Below are positions 40,401 to 47,829 of a stretch of DNA of 64,000 nucleotides, one piece after another (position 1 is the stretch's first letter; every line of letters begins with the position of its first letter). Below the pieces are notes generated by a model that saw only the letters and a program-made list of their open reading frames with translations, had not been told where the DNA came from and did not search any database. Position numbers and translations under genes: made by a program. This stretch comes from Thermoplasmatota archaeon. Its GTDB lineage: Archaea; Thermoplasmatota; Penumbrarchaeia; Penumbrarchaeales; Penumbrarchaeaceae. The stretch is from assembly GCA_016928095.1 (NCBI GenBank), contig JAFGLL010000005.1, positions 1,102-65,101 of the forward strand, read 5' to 3'.

Positions 40401-40501
40401 GCTGATGTTATTAGGGTGATCATTATTACAAGAGATGATAGTACGGGACTTCGGGACACGCTCTTCCTCCTCTTGATATTGGTCAGGTGGCATTTGCGCA
40501 T
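34484..40501 (-). CDS. Giant (2005 aa) integrin-alpha-like surface receptor: ~14 FG-GAP repeats (two beta-propellers), Ig-like domains, TM helix, cytoplasmic zinc ribbon and polyacidic tail
   Basis: ATG verified at 40501. FG-GAP/Ca-binding repeats such as GDLDGDGRGDIVIGAP, EDLNLDGRDDLMIGAPF, GDLNNDGYPDLVVGAPS, DDMDGDGIGDLAIGAPKS. TM LLLVSLLIGLIIGGLLVYLLI. Cytoplasmic CPYCGNDVRLTDEYCMKCG followed by ~75 residues that are mostly D/E. Confidence 0.75.
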   Translation of the reverse strand: MRKCHLTNIKRRKSVSRSPVLSSLVIMITLITSALPTVIGGNETRSETPASLDQDSYVVLGRDDTMSILGGESGVPFGSTVASGDLDGDGRGDIVIGAPMSRLGAGGGAVMVYFAREPDELFTLIGHYDADLVITAGDVDDWFGSSLLVEDLNLDGRDDLMIGAPFADGPLNGRRDSGEVYVITGRQRVSFGTSMQIDRVGLFCHVYGREGGDRLGTALEAGDLDDDGVPELVIRSEGHGGKADPVESEYDNECFGSWEIEVIKGVGTGIGTVDLSFSRPMVRYFGEAVVTADAYATHIGNGLAVGDFNGDSIGDLSFSYRFNGEGYAVIMLGGYTYPGVPLGTDIQVHQGTDFYPDVQFSLRSGGWEEASLTFADLGGGDEDDLVIGLPYAPGVETWRKKAGQFDIHIGRNVTTDIQLGRSDASTTSYGVDSSDLWGKTTLGADIDGDGYDELLVAAPGGDGVDNLEFDCGEAYLFDIDGSFPSVLTFQDSIKAYKGRSRECGAFQSMAASEMLIDGQEEVLISSPKEVVDLGPTVGTGLVSFLSQSSSFDASFVGQFNASCFGSAMVVEDFDQDGNDDLVVGDYLGGDPGRTGYAHMFFGEPAGWSGRYYAADSTDIRYNDAMSFSRFGWAMATGDLNNDGYPDLVVGAPSAQISGLYNDAGSVHIFWGGTRSYMMTRTNLTYTGYLVERIGSAIAVGDLNGDGIDDLAFGAPYDHGAETADRYHAGMVYIMFGPLSGTTSRSVRNIYDVKIIGTEDTEFIGETLAIDDMDGDGIGDLAIGAPKSKAGSITRQGVTYVLRGRSTWNQDIDLVTEPSLRIFGAWPYDEVGSSLVARDMDDDGKAELFLGSPSGDGFQRTVKEGGNLFILQGEFLASRMPSGTISLRTEFNVSVCGDQVNQRTGSSVDLGDIDGNGDLDVFIGAKGFQDPISGLVTGCVHVFPHSLLTSSLTINTSSLPLISGFMDNDEAGSALAGKDITGDGKYDLFIGAPGADPLLDGSSPGVVYLWEGKDLFSLSVRTQPLEISGAVEIAGPLDRPRDILAPGEGPYQFKVAARSQVGYEHIDTVNVQMMSQDAAGFAELSFDTSTKEFSIIATGDFEDQLMLYPSLSTGRTDGVQSWFVVFMVKVGWDLPDPDLIVTSTSGTVGSHSNYLNDEFVVDREIGLDSSYLKVLDPEGSPVKGWMKEDSEFNVCNVSLVHGTSGVPFGPNATRVEISLKRPDGITIGKAVMNGSFLDNITAVPGGGLYGRDLTYRLTNGTLPRGAEWSQDVTFKLNVDTVKPPPVSSFNIFPDGKESGISDVDDDQFIEVYWTEVSDQGGSGISNYTLRVLGQDLNIISEMDYLVPGDLIFLPGGAYTLSFFACDRAGNIGPFENRTLFLDINDPRFYGALPGDNAWINDFTNGFSIMVSDDGVGIDISSAMYRVFRSDVRILSDWMPVREITTFDGSVRLNATVPSANGFGNYIQWKVSDLAGQTSISLPFSYNMDINLPTIDIGDQDGMLVGPGSFSLGCYIEDTGSGLLLDSINYRIGSRDELYTLPWTDLGMSGAGASASPSVNVLPSYRGWGFGQWMVSDIAGNMVESDLVSIYIDDEMPVFNGFLPNGSTVLRDRDVMVTAFIMEEGSGLETSNVEFSYSTISGWVQFGVGGYSPWLKVDDLEDRGGGSYAASVEVLFDEGPFNQIKFRVIDSAGNGWVVSAPVKIEVAITERDLLPISVFTIYPAVDTIKQGDTIVLDGSVSYDPEGLELTYVWYSDLEFYPLQDSLGSGRVLNATLNTPGVHRIWLVVSDGKNVVESERYLLSVVVQDEESSGDGGNKGSIWDRFCDWFPLLLVSLLIGLIIGGLLVYLLIKRSRSGSPREPDQPLVDAVYEPDHFVPVCPYCGNDVRLTDEYCMKCGSVFTAEDKVKMEKAGKKKRGRKRKELLLKPGEEGLVEDTDQDLEEEPEELTEEDVNDEAEEIPVSDEEEDEEEEEVDEEDLDLYDEEDLEDLEMEEEDPDDEDEWEVGQ
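34492..34499 (-). promoter_or_regulatory. Shine-Dalgarno GGAGGTGG, 4 nt upstream of the ATG at 34487
   Basis: Placement favours the internal Met as the true start. The same motif recurs before the ATGs at 42546, 24506 and 27732. Confidence 0.5.
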
Positions 40502-40522
40502 GAACTACGATGCCGTCGCCCA

Positions 40523-40533
40523 GATATCTTTAG
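40523..40533 (-). promoter_or_regulatory. TATA-like TAAAGATAT about 22-32 nt upstream of the 2005-aa integrin-like gene ATG (40501)
   Basis: A further TTATAAAAAG at 40555-40565 could serve the divergent DUF2085 gene. Confidence 0.35.
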
Positions 40534-40653
40534 CCCGATTTCAACAATTACAGATTATAAAAAGATTGTGGGGCAGATATGTATTGGCAGAGCGAGGCCA
40601 GAGGTGCCTATCCATAAAGATTTATCTCCTATGGACACCTCTGCATACCGAAA

Positions 40654-41061
40654 ATGAACGAAAATGACAGCGTTCTCAGGTCGAAAATGACCGTTAATGA
40701 CCTCGGTGGTCCGATCGTGGATGACAGGTGTAGATCTCTTAGGATCGCCTGCCACGGTGACCCTGACCGATGTTTCTGGCTAAGAGGGAGACCTTTACCT
40801 CTCTGTTCGCGATGCACGACATTCTACCCCTCTATACTGATCGGTCTGGTCCTGGGGATCCCCCTTGTCATCACTCTGGAGATCTCTGCATTGATCGTCC
40901 TCATATCATTCATCCTGCTCCAGCTCCCGCTTGTTATCGACGGCTTCACGCAGTACAATGGTTGGAGGAGGTCCAACAATGTATTGAGAGCGGTCACCGG
41001 TGTCCTCTCAGGGTTCGGTATCGGTGGTGGAATAACCTACATGATGACAACGATCTTCTGA
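40654..41061 (+). CDS. DUF2085-family membrane protein
   Basis: CFWLRGRPLPLCSRCTTFY matches the DUF2085 signature. Three predicted TM helices. An alternative ATG at 40687 is possible. Confidence 0.6.
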   Translation: MNENDSVLRSKMTVNDLGGPIVDDRCRSLRIACHGDPDRCFWLRGRPLPLCSRCTTFYPSILIGLVLGIPLVITLEISALIVLISFILLQLPLVIDGFTQYNGWRRSNNVLRAVTGVLSGFGIGGGITYMMTTIF

Positions 41062-41062
41062 T

Positions 41063-41463
41063 TCAGTAGAAGCTCTTGCACTTCGGGCAGAACCAGGATT
41101 CCACCCTCTCTTTATAGACCATTCCGGTCCCGCAGACCGGGCAGGATTCACCTTTCTTCTTCTTACCGTCCTGGTCCATGAACATCCTATCGTATGCCGG
41201 CTCTTTCTGTACCCCTGCCTCATCGGGGCCTTTGAAATCAAAATCATCACTGGAGTGGGACGCGATCTTCTGCCCGGCCCCGCATTCGGAACATCTTCCG
41301 GATCCCTTCGAGACCTTCGCGCCGCAGTTCCAGCATTTTATCTTGGAGGCTTTTTTTACAGGTCGTTGAGGTTCGATCTCATCCTCTTCTTCATAAGAGG
41401 ACGAGCGCTTCTTCTTTTTTTTCTTGTGAGGGGGTTCCTCTTCGACCGCTAGAGAGGCTTTAC
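41063..41463 (-). pseudogene. Out-of-frame (+1) continuation of the poly-Glu zinc-ribbon gene, encoding two further zinc ribbons; probable frameshift at an A10 homopolymer
   Basis: Frame is open from 41463 with no ATG before KIKCWNCGAKVSKGSGRCSECG...CPVCGTGMVYKERVESWFCPKCKSFY*. It opens with EEEPPHKKKKKKR, continuing the repeat style of the upstream ORF. A stop lies just upstream in this frame. Confidence 0.45.
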
Positions 41464-42546
41464 CTACCTTCTTTTTTTTTTCCTCTTGGGAATATCTATC
41501 TCCTCATCCTCTTCATGATGAGCCGGATGCTTCTTCTTCATCTTGCGGGGAGGTTCTTCTTCATCATCGTCATAATTGGTCGGACGCTTCTTCTTCTTCA
41601 TCTTGCGGGGAGGTTCTTCTTCTTCCTCTTCCTCCTCGGGTTCTTCCCTCAGAACACCTTTACGACCGCAATCATCGCATATGAATTTCAATGGTCTCCT
41701 TCTGGACCTTATCTTGATGATATTTCCGCATTTACACCGGATCTTGAGGACTTCTTCCTCCTCGTCTTCTTCCTCCTCTTCGTCCTCTTCCTCTTCCTCC
41801 TCTTCCTCTTCTTCCTCTTCGTCCTCTTCCTCTTCCTCCTCCTCGTCCTCTTCCTCTTCCTCCTCCTCGTCCTCTTCCTCCTCCTCGTCCTCTTCTTCCT
41901 CCTCGTCCTCTTCCTCTTCTTCCTCCTCGTCCTCTTCCTCTTCCTCCTCCTCGTCCTCTTCCTCTTCTTCCTCCTCGTCCTCTTCCTCTTCCTCCTCCTC
42001 GTCCTCTTCCTCTTCTTCCTCCTCTTCTTCCTCTTCGTATCGATCTCTGGACTTCTTCTTTCCAGTTCCCACTACGAAGATCTCCTCCTCATCATCCTCG
42101 AGGCTTATAGGACGGTAGCTGGACCTTACAGCTCCCTCATCTCCATCGCTGGTGATGTCAAAGCCTCTCTTTTTTACTGGCTTCTTCCCCTTCTCCTCAC
42201 CTTTTGGTTTCTTTTTTGAGACAGTGGTCTCTTCTTCCAGAACCACCTTCTTCTTGAGAGGCTTGCCCTCGTCCTTGTGCTTCTTTTTAAGAGGCTTTTC
42301 CCCGTCAGTATGCTTCTTCTTGAGAGGCTTGCCTTCGTCAGCATGCTTCTTCTTCAAAGGCTTGCCCTCGTCCTTGTGCTTCTTTTTAAGAGGCTTCTTC
42401 TCGGGAACCCCGTACTTTTCCTCGTATTTTTTAGCGAACACCCTGGCCTTCTTGGCAAGGTCCCCCTTGGGGACCCAACCACATTCTTGACACCTGTCAA
42501 AGGGATAATCCATTTTAGCCTTGCATTTCTTGCACGGGACCTTCAT
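41464..42546 (-). CDS. Cytoplasmic multi-zinc-ribbon protein with five KPLKKKH(K/A/T)DEG repeats and a ~94-residue poly-Glu/Asp tract
   Basis: ATG at 42546 (MKVPCKKCK) preceded by GAGGTGGG. The track ORF starts at ATG 42573. Zinc ribbons CKKC...CQECG and CKCG...CDDCG. E/D tract encoded at 41758-42039. C-terminal EEEPPRKMKKK repeats. The ORF stops just after an A10 run. Confidence 0.6.
   Translation of the reverse strand: MKVPCKKCKAKMDYPFDRCQECGWVPKGDLAKKARVFAKKYEEKYGVPEKKPLKKKHKDEGKPLKKKHADEGKPLKKKHTDGEKPLKKKHKDEGKPLKKKVVLEEETTVSKKKPKGEEKGKKPVKKRGFDITSDGDEGAVRSSYRPISLEDDEEEIFVVGTGKKKSRDRYEEEEEEEEEEEDEEEEEEEDEEEEEEEDEEEEEEEDEEEEEEEDEEEEEDEEEEEDEEEEEEEDEEEEEEEDEEEEEEEEEEEEDEEEEEDEEEEVLKIRCKCGNIIKIRSRRRPLKFICDDCGRKGVLREEPEEEEEEEEPPRKMKKKKRPTNYDDDEEEPPRKMKKKHPAHHEEDEEIDIPKRKKKRR
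41758..42039 (-). repeat. Imperfect GAG/GAA/GAC trinucleotide array (~94 codons) encoding poly-Glu/Asp
   Basis: The plus strand reads (CTC/TTC/GTC)n with a periodic 7E+D or 5E+D pattern. Visible directly in the sequence at 41.76-42.04 kb. Confidence 0.9.
42250..42399 (-). repeat. Five tandem 33-nt repeats encoding KPLKKKH(K/A/T)DEG
   Basis: The plus strand shows five iterations of gaggcttgccctcgtccttgtgcttctttttaa-like units. Confidence 0.85.
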
Positions 42547-42715
42547 CCATCCCACCTCTTGTATCGATGACATACATCATGCATACAAAATAAAAAGGTT
42601 TCCCACTTTTTCAATGATTCTTCATCACCTATGTATAGGAACCCGCAGATATCATCATTTGCCTCCGATGGAGGCTGACCCGCGGTCTCCACGGAGGGTG
42701 GACGGTCCAAGACTG

Positions 42716-45700
42716 TCAGTCCGCCATCATTTCTCTATCCTCTTCCGAGGCTCCCGCTCCATCAGGGTCAATAAGGTCCTCCGGTCCGGGATGGCTGATC
42801 TCTTCCTCCCTGTGATCCTCCATAGGATGATCGCCGGATGGACCCTCATCCAATGAGCCCTCCTCGATCTCGTCCTCGGGAAGGTCCATTCCGCATTCAG
42901 GGCAGTAGGACATGCTTTCCTCGATGGACGCACTGCAGAAAGGGCACTCCTTACGGGTCATTTTCTCCTGCTCGGACCATGTTGGTCCATCGTTCGTCTT
43001 CTCCGGTTCGGCAGCTTCTTCCGATCCCTGCGTCATATCATCTTTTCTCTTGTGGAACAGGACGACCGCCAAGATCACCGCCCCCAGCAATATGATGATG
43101 ACGACCACTATCAATATAACAAGCCAGAGTCCAGAACTCGTTCCATCCACCTCTGGAACACTTTCAGGATCAAGGGGGTCCGAACCCTTCTCGTATTCCT
43201 CCAGGTTCGTATAACCGTCCACATCCATATCACCCTGGGCATCTGATGCCCATTTCGGGTTCATTCCCCAACCTACTTCTATACCGTCCGGAATGCCGTC
43301 ATCGTCCGTATCGGGATTGTCCGGTTCCGTCCCCAACTGGTATTCCTGGAGGTTTGTCAGTCCGTCCCTGTCCTGGTCTTCGGCCGCATCCGTATTGTCT
43401 GCGGGGGACAGGAAATCGTAGCCGATCTCGTAGATGTCCGGTATGCCGTCACCATCCCCGTCGATATCCTCGACCGAGATGGTCCTGAACGTGATCACGA
43501 GATCATTTGCGGAATTCCCGCTAAGGTCCCTGATGGGTCCAAGGGTGAAGGTATAGTTCGTTCCATCCTGGAGTGAATCCTCAGGGTGATAAGTGATGGT
43601 CCTGGTCTCCACGTTCAGTTCGAAATCAAGTATCACGGAGGAATACCCGCCCTCGGGGACCAAGGATGCCAGAAGAGCATCCCATTCTATGAGCTCGGAG
43701 AACCTTATGGAGATAGAGGGTCCGAGTTCGATGTTGACCGCTCCATCCTCCGGTTCGACCGATATGACACCCGGTGCCTGAGTGTCCGGGATGGCCACGA
43801 TGAGATCATACTCCAGGGTCTCCCAGTTCCCCGCGATATCGTAACCTGTTACCGTCAAAGAATAGGAACCGACATCAAGGTCTATCGATAGGTCCGTTCC
43901 CTGGACCTCTTCATAAGTGTAGTTGTTCGAAATGGTCCAGGTGACATGATCGACCCCGCTCTCATCGGTTATATTCAGCTCAAGGTCGACGTTCTGTCCC
44001 TCGTAGGACATGATCGTCCCTCCGTCGACCCCCTCTATGAACATTTCAGGGTCCTTCAGGTCCACCCATATGTTCGATGAGTTAAATGGACCAGCATTCA
44101 GGGATGGGTCAATGGACCTGAACTGGGCAGTGTGTTTTCCTTCGTTGAGGAAGAAATAGTACTGGAATACACCCCCATAGGTGGTCCATCTCTCTATTAT
44201 CCCTTCGGGGTCCGTGAAATCCTTTCCGTCCAGCTTGATCTCGATCACTGTCCTGTTCTCTCCTGTGACATTGACCTTGAACCCAACGAGAGATGTGTTG
44301 AAGAACAAAGAGCCAGGTATATACTGTACTGCATCCAAGGGGAAGAACTCAAGCCTTGGTGCGACAGGGGGTGTAATATCAAGGGTTGTAAATGCTACGG
44401 TCGAAGATGGAGGGCCGAAGTTCGGGGTCTCGGCATCATCGACCGCAACGATATAGGCTTCTATCTCGGTTTCGGAGGGCAGGCCGGTGATCTTCTCGGT
44501 CACTGACATCCAGTTGTCGATATAGATCGAGAGGTTCCATGAACTATCGACGGCTTCCAAGAATATCCAGAAGCCGATAATATCATCACTTGGACTTGGG
44601 GTCCATTTCAGCTGCACCCAATCCCCTCCGAAACCCTCTACAGTGAAATTCCTGGGAGGTTGGGGTGGAATGATATCGAGGGTCTTTCCAAAGACCGGAC
44701 CGAAGAACCCCAACGTATTTGCATAATAATCCTCTGATCGGATGCTGATATTCCAGAGAGTATCATGCTCCAGGCCATCGATGATGAAACTCCTTGCCTT
44801 GTCCTTGGCATTCACGGACTTGGTCTCGGAAATATGAGCGCCATCTCTCCTGTAATCTATTCTGAACCATTGTAGATCTCCCGGAGGGTTCGGAAGGTCC
44901 CATAGAACTTCTATCGTTGTCCCGGTCCTATTGCCGACGGTCAGGTTTTCCACTTTTGGAGGTGGTGTGAAATCCAGGTACCAGGTCATATTGAAGTTAT
45001 CTCCAATAAAAAGACCCGGATCCTTGAGGTCGTTCCGCCAGTATGCTGCTGACGCGGACCGCTCCCACCTCATTGTGATCTCGACCTTGACAGACGATGT
45101 GGATCCCATATGCTTGTACTGATTGACAGCAATAGGAGGCATTATTCCATCCGATCCGGTCACCAGACCGGTCAATGTGGGATCGAAGACCGTCCATTCA
45201 TCAAGCTCGGTCGGATATTTTTTACCATATACCTTGACCGATACAAGATCCACACCCTTTTGTTCGTAATCATCGATCGCCCTTAAGAAGAACCATTTAC
45301 CCTCGTGCACTTCTGCAGAACTCTGAGCCGTGACGTTTCTTGGAGCGTTGAATGTGCAGTTGACGACCCAGCCATAGCCACCCGTCATACCCCTGAAACC
45401 TGCCGAATTCCCCATGAGGGTCGAATTGTAGACATATGCTCTTGACCCCATGCCCATCGTCTTTACCCCTCCAGCAGACCCCATCATCAGTATATGGTCC
45501 AGGTATCCGTATCCTCCCTGAGTGATGTTGATACCATCGTAAAAGAAGGATGTATGAGATCTATCGAAAATTATTGGAGATGCTTCTGTTCCGGCGGCCA
45601 GAATGGCACCTTCCACCCAGATCCCGACCGACGGAGGGAGTTGGACCGTAACTCCGGGATCGATCCTCAGGGTCCTGCCCACAGGTACTGACACGTTCCC

Positions 45701-45898
45701 CTCGAGCAATACGGGGGAGTCTGCAATTCCCCATCGGGTGTCACCGGTAAGAGGCCCCTCCGGGACCACGATCCCCGACACTATCTCGGGAACCATGAAC
45801 GTGAAGATGAGGGTCAGTGACGATAGAAGCAGTAAGGATATCACTGCCATGGTCGACAAGTTACGAGAACTGGCGGTGTAATTTATATCGAGGCCCAT
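42716..45898 (-). CDS. Large (1060 aa) surface protein with thrombospondin type-3-like Ca-binding repeats, TM helix, cytoplasmic zinc ribbon and acidic tail
   Basis: ATG verified at 45898 with GGAGAG upstream. N-terminal anchor [23 protein letters not shown]3-like DxDxDGxxD repeats ([38 protein letters not shown]). [27 protein letters not shown]. Cytoplasmic [19 protein letters not shown] followed by a D/E-rich tail. Confidence 0.65.
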   Translation of the reverse strand: MGLDINYTASSRNLSTMAVISLLLLSSLTLIFTFMVPEIVSGIVVPEGPLTGDTRWGIADSPVLLEGNVSVPVGRTLRIDPGVTVQLPPSVGIWVEGAILAAGTEASPIIFDRSHTSFFYDGINITQGGYGYLDHILMMGSAGGVKTMGMGSRAYVYNSTLMGNSAGFRGMTGGYGWVVNCTFNAPRNVTAQSSAEVHEGKWFFLRAIDDYEQKGVDLVSVKVYGKKYPTELDEWTVFDPTLTGLVTGSDGIMPPIAVNQYKHMGSTSSVKVEITMRWERSASAAYWRNDLKDPGLFIGDNFNMTWYLDFTPPPKVENLTVGNRTGTTIEVLWDLPNPPGDLQWFRIDYRRDGAHISETKSVNAKDKARSFIIDGLEHDTLWNISIRSEDYYANTLGFFGPVFGKTLDIIPPQPPRNFTVEGFGGDWVQLKWTPSPSDDIIGFWIFLEAVDSSWNLSIYIDNWMSVTEKITGLPSETEIEAYIVAVDDAETPNFGPPSSTVAFTTLDITPPVAPRLEFFPLDAVQYIPGSLFFNTSLVGFKVNVTGENRTVIEIKLDGKDFTDPEGIIERWTTYGGVFQYYFFLNEGKHTAQFRSIDPSLNAGPFNSSNIWVDLKDPEMFIEGVDGGTIMSYEGQNVDLELNITDESGVDHVTWTISNNYTYEEVQGTDLSIDLDVGSYSLTVTGYDIAGNWETLEYDLIVAIPDTQAPGVISVEPEDGAVNIELGPSISIRFSELIEWDALLASLVPEGGYSSVILDFELNVETRTITYHPEDSLQDGTNYTFTLGPIRDLSGNSANDLVITFRTISVEDIDGDGDGIPDIYEIGYDFLSPADNTDAAEDQDRDGLTNLQEYQLGTEPDNPDTDDDGIPDGIEVGWGMNPKWASDAQGDMDVDGYTNLEEYEKGSDPLDPESVPEVDGTSSGLWLVILIVVVIIILLGAVILAVVLFHKRKDDMTQGSEEAAEPEKTNDGPTWSEQEKMTRKECPFCSASIEESMSYCPECGMDLPEDEIEEGSLDEGPSGDHPMEDHREEEISHPGPEDLIDPDGAGASEEDREMMAD

Positions 45899-46006
45899 GA
45901 TCGCTACTCTCCTGATATTTCACTCCAACTTGGGTTGTGTGGTAAGGGTGGGATCTTGTAATAAACCTTTACTCTGAGATCAAAAAGAATAACAAAGGTG
46001 CAAACC

Positions 46007-46207
46007 TTATATCAGACTCCAGACCCAACCCTTCTTTGCAGGGTCCATCCGGCTCTTGATGATACCTTTGGTCTTCATGAGCATCAGCGTCCTTACCGCC
46101 CCGTCGGGACAGGCCTCTCCTCTCCTCTTGATCTCCCTCTCAAGCTCCGAGGTGGACATCTCCCCTTGCTCCCTAAGGATCTTCAATATCTTCTCTTCTT
46201 CCGTCAT
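46007..46207 (-). CDS. Small winged-helix DNA-binding protein (putative transcriptional regulator)
   Basis: 66 aa. EEKILKILREQGEMSTSELEREI is HTH-like, followed by a beta-hairpin wing KGIIKSRMDPAKKGWVWSL. ATGA overlap with the upstream SNF transporter gene. Confidence 0.45.
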   Translation of the reverse strand: MTEEEKILKILREQGEMSTSELEREIKRRGEACPDGAVRTLMLMKTKGIIKSRMDPAKKGWVWSLI

Positions 46208-47829
46208 GTACCTACCTCCTGGGTCATGGGTCCCTCACTATCCATCGCTTCCCTGATCTCCAATACCTCGACCAGAGGGCCTTCAAGGATATCTATATCG
46301 TCATCTATGGACCGTCCCATGTCCATTCCCTCATCTATCATCCTCGGTCCCACCCTTTTACTTATGAAGATCAGGACCGCCAGTGATACCCCCCACTGGA
46401 GCAGGAGGATGCCGAGACCTAACACACCTCCCAACCACCACTCCTCCGAAGGAGCGGTCAAGGTCTGGATCAGGAACCAACCGGACATCACCGCGAGCTC
46501 GATGGGTATGATGAACTTGAAAAGGACATCGAACCATCTTCCTACCTTGATATCATCATATCTGCTGTTGATCATATTGTTCCTGAACCGGGTTATCCCG
46601 TACTTCACGACAAGGTAGTATATGAACGCACCAGACACAATAAGACCAAGACCCCATACGAAGTCCTGATTGTCAAGGAACACGGGTAGGGGGGTCCCGC
46701 TTACCGGGAGAATTATCAGAGCCGAGGGAAGGCCCAATATCAACATACCCACTGTGAGAAGGCGGATCGCCTTCTTCCTGTCCCATCCCGCATCGACGAA
46801 GTTCTTCACGGCATTCTCATATGTCGCTATCATTGAGGTCAGCGCTGCAAAGGCCATCGCCATGAAGAAAAACACTGCGATAATGGGGCCTCCCGCCATC
46901 TCGCCGAAAAGGCTTGGGAGATAGATGAACGTAAGGCCTGAACCCCCTTCCTCAACGGCAGCTTCTGCCATTGCAGGTGATGGGCTGACGGCGAAAACCG
47001 TTGCAAATATCATGATCCCCGCAACCAATGCAATGGTGGTATCCCCCAGACCTGTCAGGAAGGTATTGAGGTTCGTGTCGCTCTTCCTCTTCGTATAAGC
47101 CCCATAGGTTATGGCCATGCCCATACCGGCGCTGCAAGACCAGGCCGATTGGGCCAGTGCAGATATCCAGGTCCTTGCATTGAGCAGAGACCCCATATGC
47201 GGCGTGAATAGATATGCGATCCCATCAAACGCTCCCGGGAGGAGAAGCGCCCTGATCATTCCAATTATAAGAAGTACGAAAAGTGCCGGTATGAGGACCT
47301 TGTTCACTCTCTCAACGCCCTTTTCAACACCCCGGTATACGATGATGACGGTTATTGCAATGGCCAACACCTGAAAGAACACGACAAGGAGCGGGGAGCC
47401 GAGGAAACCCTCCCAAGAATCCCTGGCACCCTGTGCGCTGTGGAACGAGACCGATCCGGTGACGGAACCCAATGCATACCGAAGGGTCCAGCCCATCACG
47501 ACAGCGTAGTAGAAACCGATGGCTGTGGATATCCATGTAAGCCAGGCACCCATCCAGGTCTTCTTTATCCCCAGGAACTGTGCGAACGTCCCCATTGTCC
47601 CCCTTCGAGACTTCTTGCCGAGATTGAACTCCACAAGCAGTATCGGTATAGACCAGATGAAGAGAAAGATGACATAGGGGATCATGAAGGACCCGCCTCC
47701 GTTGTTGGCCACCTCCTTGGGGAACCTCCAGATATTACCGGTCCCGATGGCTGCACCAAGTGCGGCCATGAGAAGACCCCACCGGTTCGTGAACAGCCCT
47801 CCGACCTTGGAAGCCGTTTCAATCACCAC
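46204..47829 (-). CDS. Sodium-dependent transporter, SNF/NSS (SLC6) family
   Basis: TM1 signature WGLLMAALGAAIGTGNIWRFP. 11-12 TM helices. GTG start at 47829. Overlaps the M14 peptidase gene by 11 nt and the downstream HTH gene by 4 nt. Confidence 0.85.
   Translation of the reverse strand: MVIETASKVGGLFTNRWGLLMAALGAAIGTGNIWRFPKEVANNGGGSFMIPYVIFLFIWSIPILLVEFNLGKKSRRGTMGTFAQFLGIKKTWMGAWLTWISTAIGFYYAVVMGWTLRYALGSVTGSVSFHSAQGARDSWEGFLGSPLLVVFFQVLAIAITVIIVYRGVEKGVERVNKVLIPALFVLLIIGMIRALLLPGAFDGIAYLFTPHMGSLLNARTWISALAQSAWSCSAGMGMAITYGAYTKRKSDTNLNTFLTGLGDTTIALVAGIMIFATVFAVSPSPAMAEAAVEEGGSGLTFIYLPSLFGEMAGGPIIAVFFFMAMAFAALTSMIATYENAVKNFVDAGWDRKKAIRLLTVGMLILGLPSALIILPVSGTPLPVFLDNQDFVWGLGLIVSGAFIYYLVVKYGITRFRNNMINSRYDDIKVGRWFDVLFKFIIPIELAVMSGWFLIQTLTAPSEEWWLGGVLGLGILLLQWGVSLAVLIFISKRVGPRMIDEGMDMGRSIDDDIDILEGPLVEVLEIREAMDSEGPMTQEVGT

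Noticed and set aside
41008-41250. 80-aa minus-strand ORF overlapping the zinc-ribbon continuation
   Set aside because: It is a different frame of the region whose +1 frame encodes conserved CxxC zinc-ribbon motifs. It is Arg/Ser-rich with no motif and is likely spurious.
41515-42219. Plus-strand ORFs of 234 and 180 aa (poly-Leu/Phe and poly-Ser translations) across the repeat region
   Set aside because: They are alternative-frame or antisense read-throughs of the GAG/GAA triplet array. They have no start context and a nonsensical homopolymer composition.
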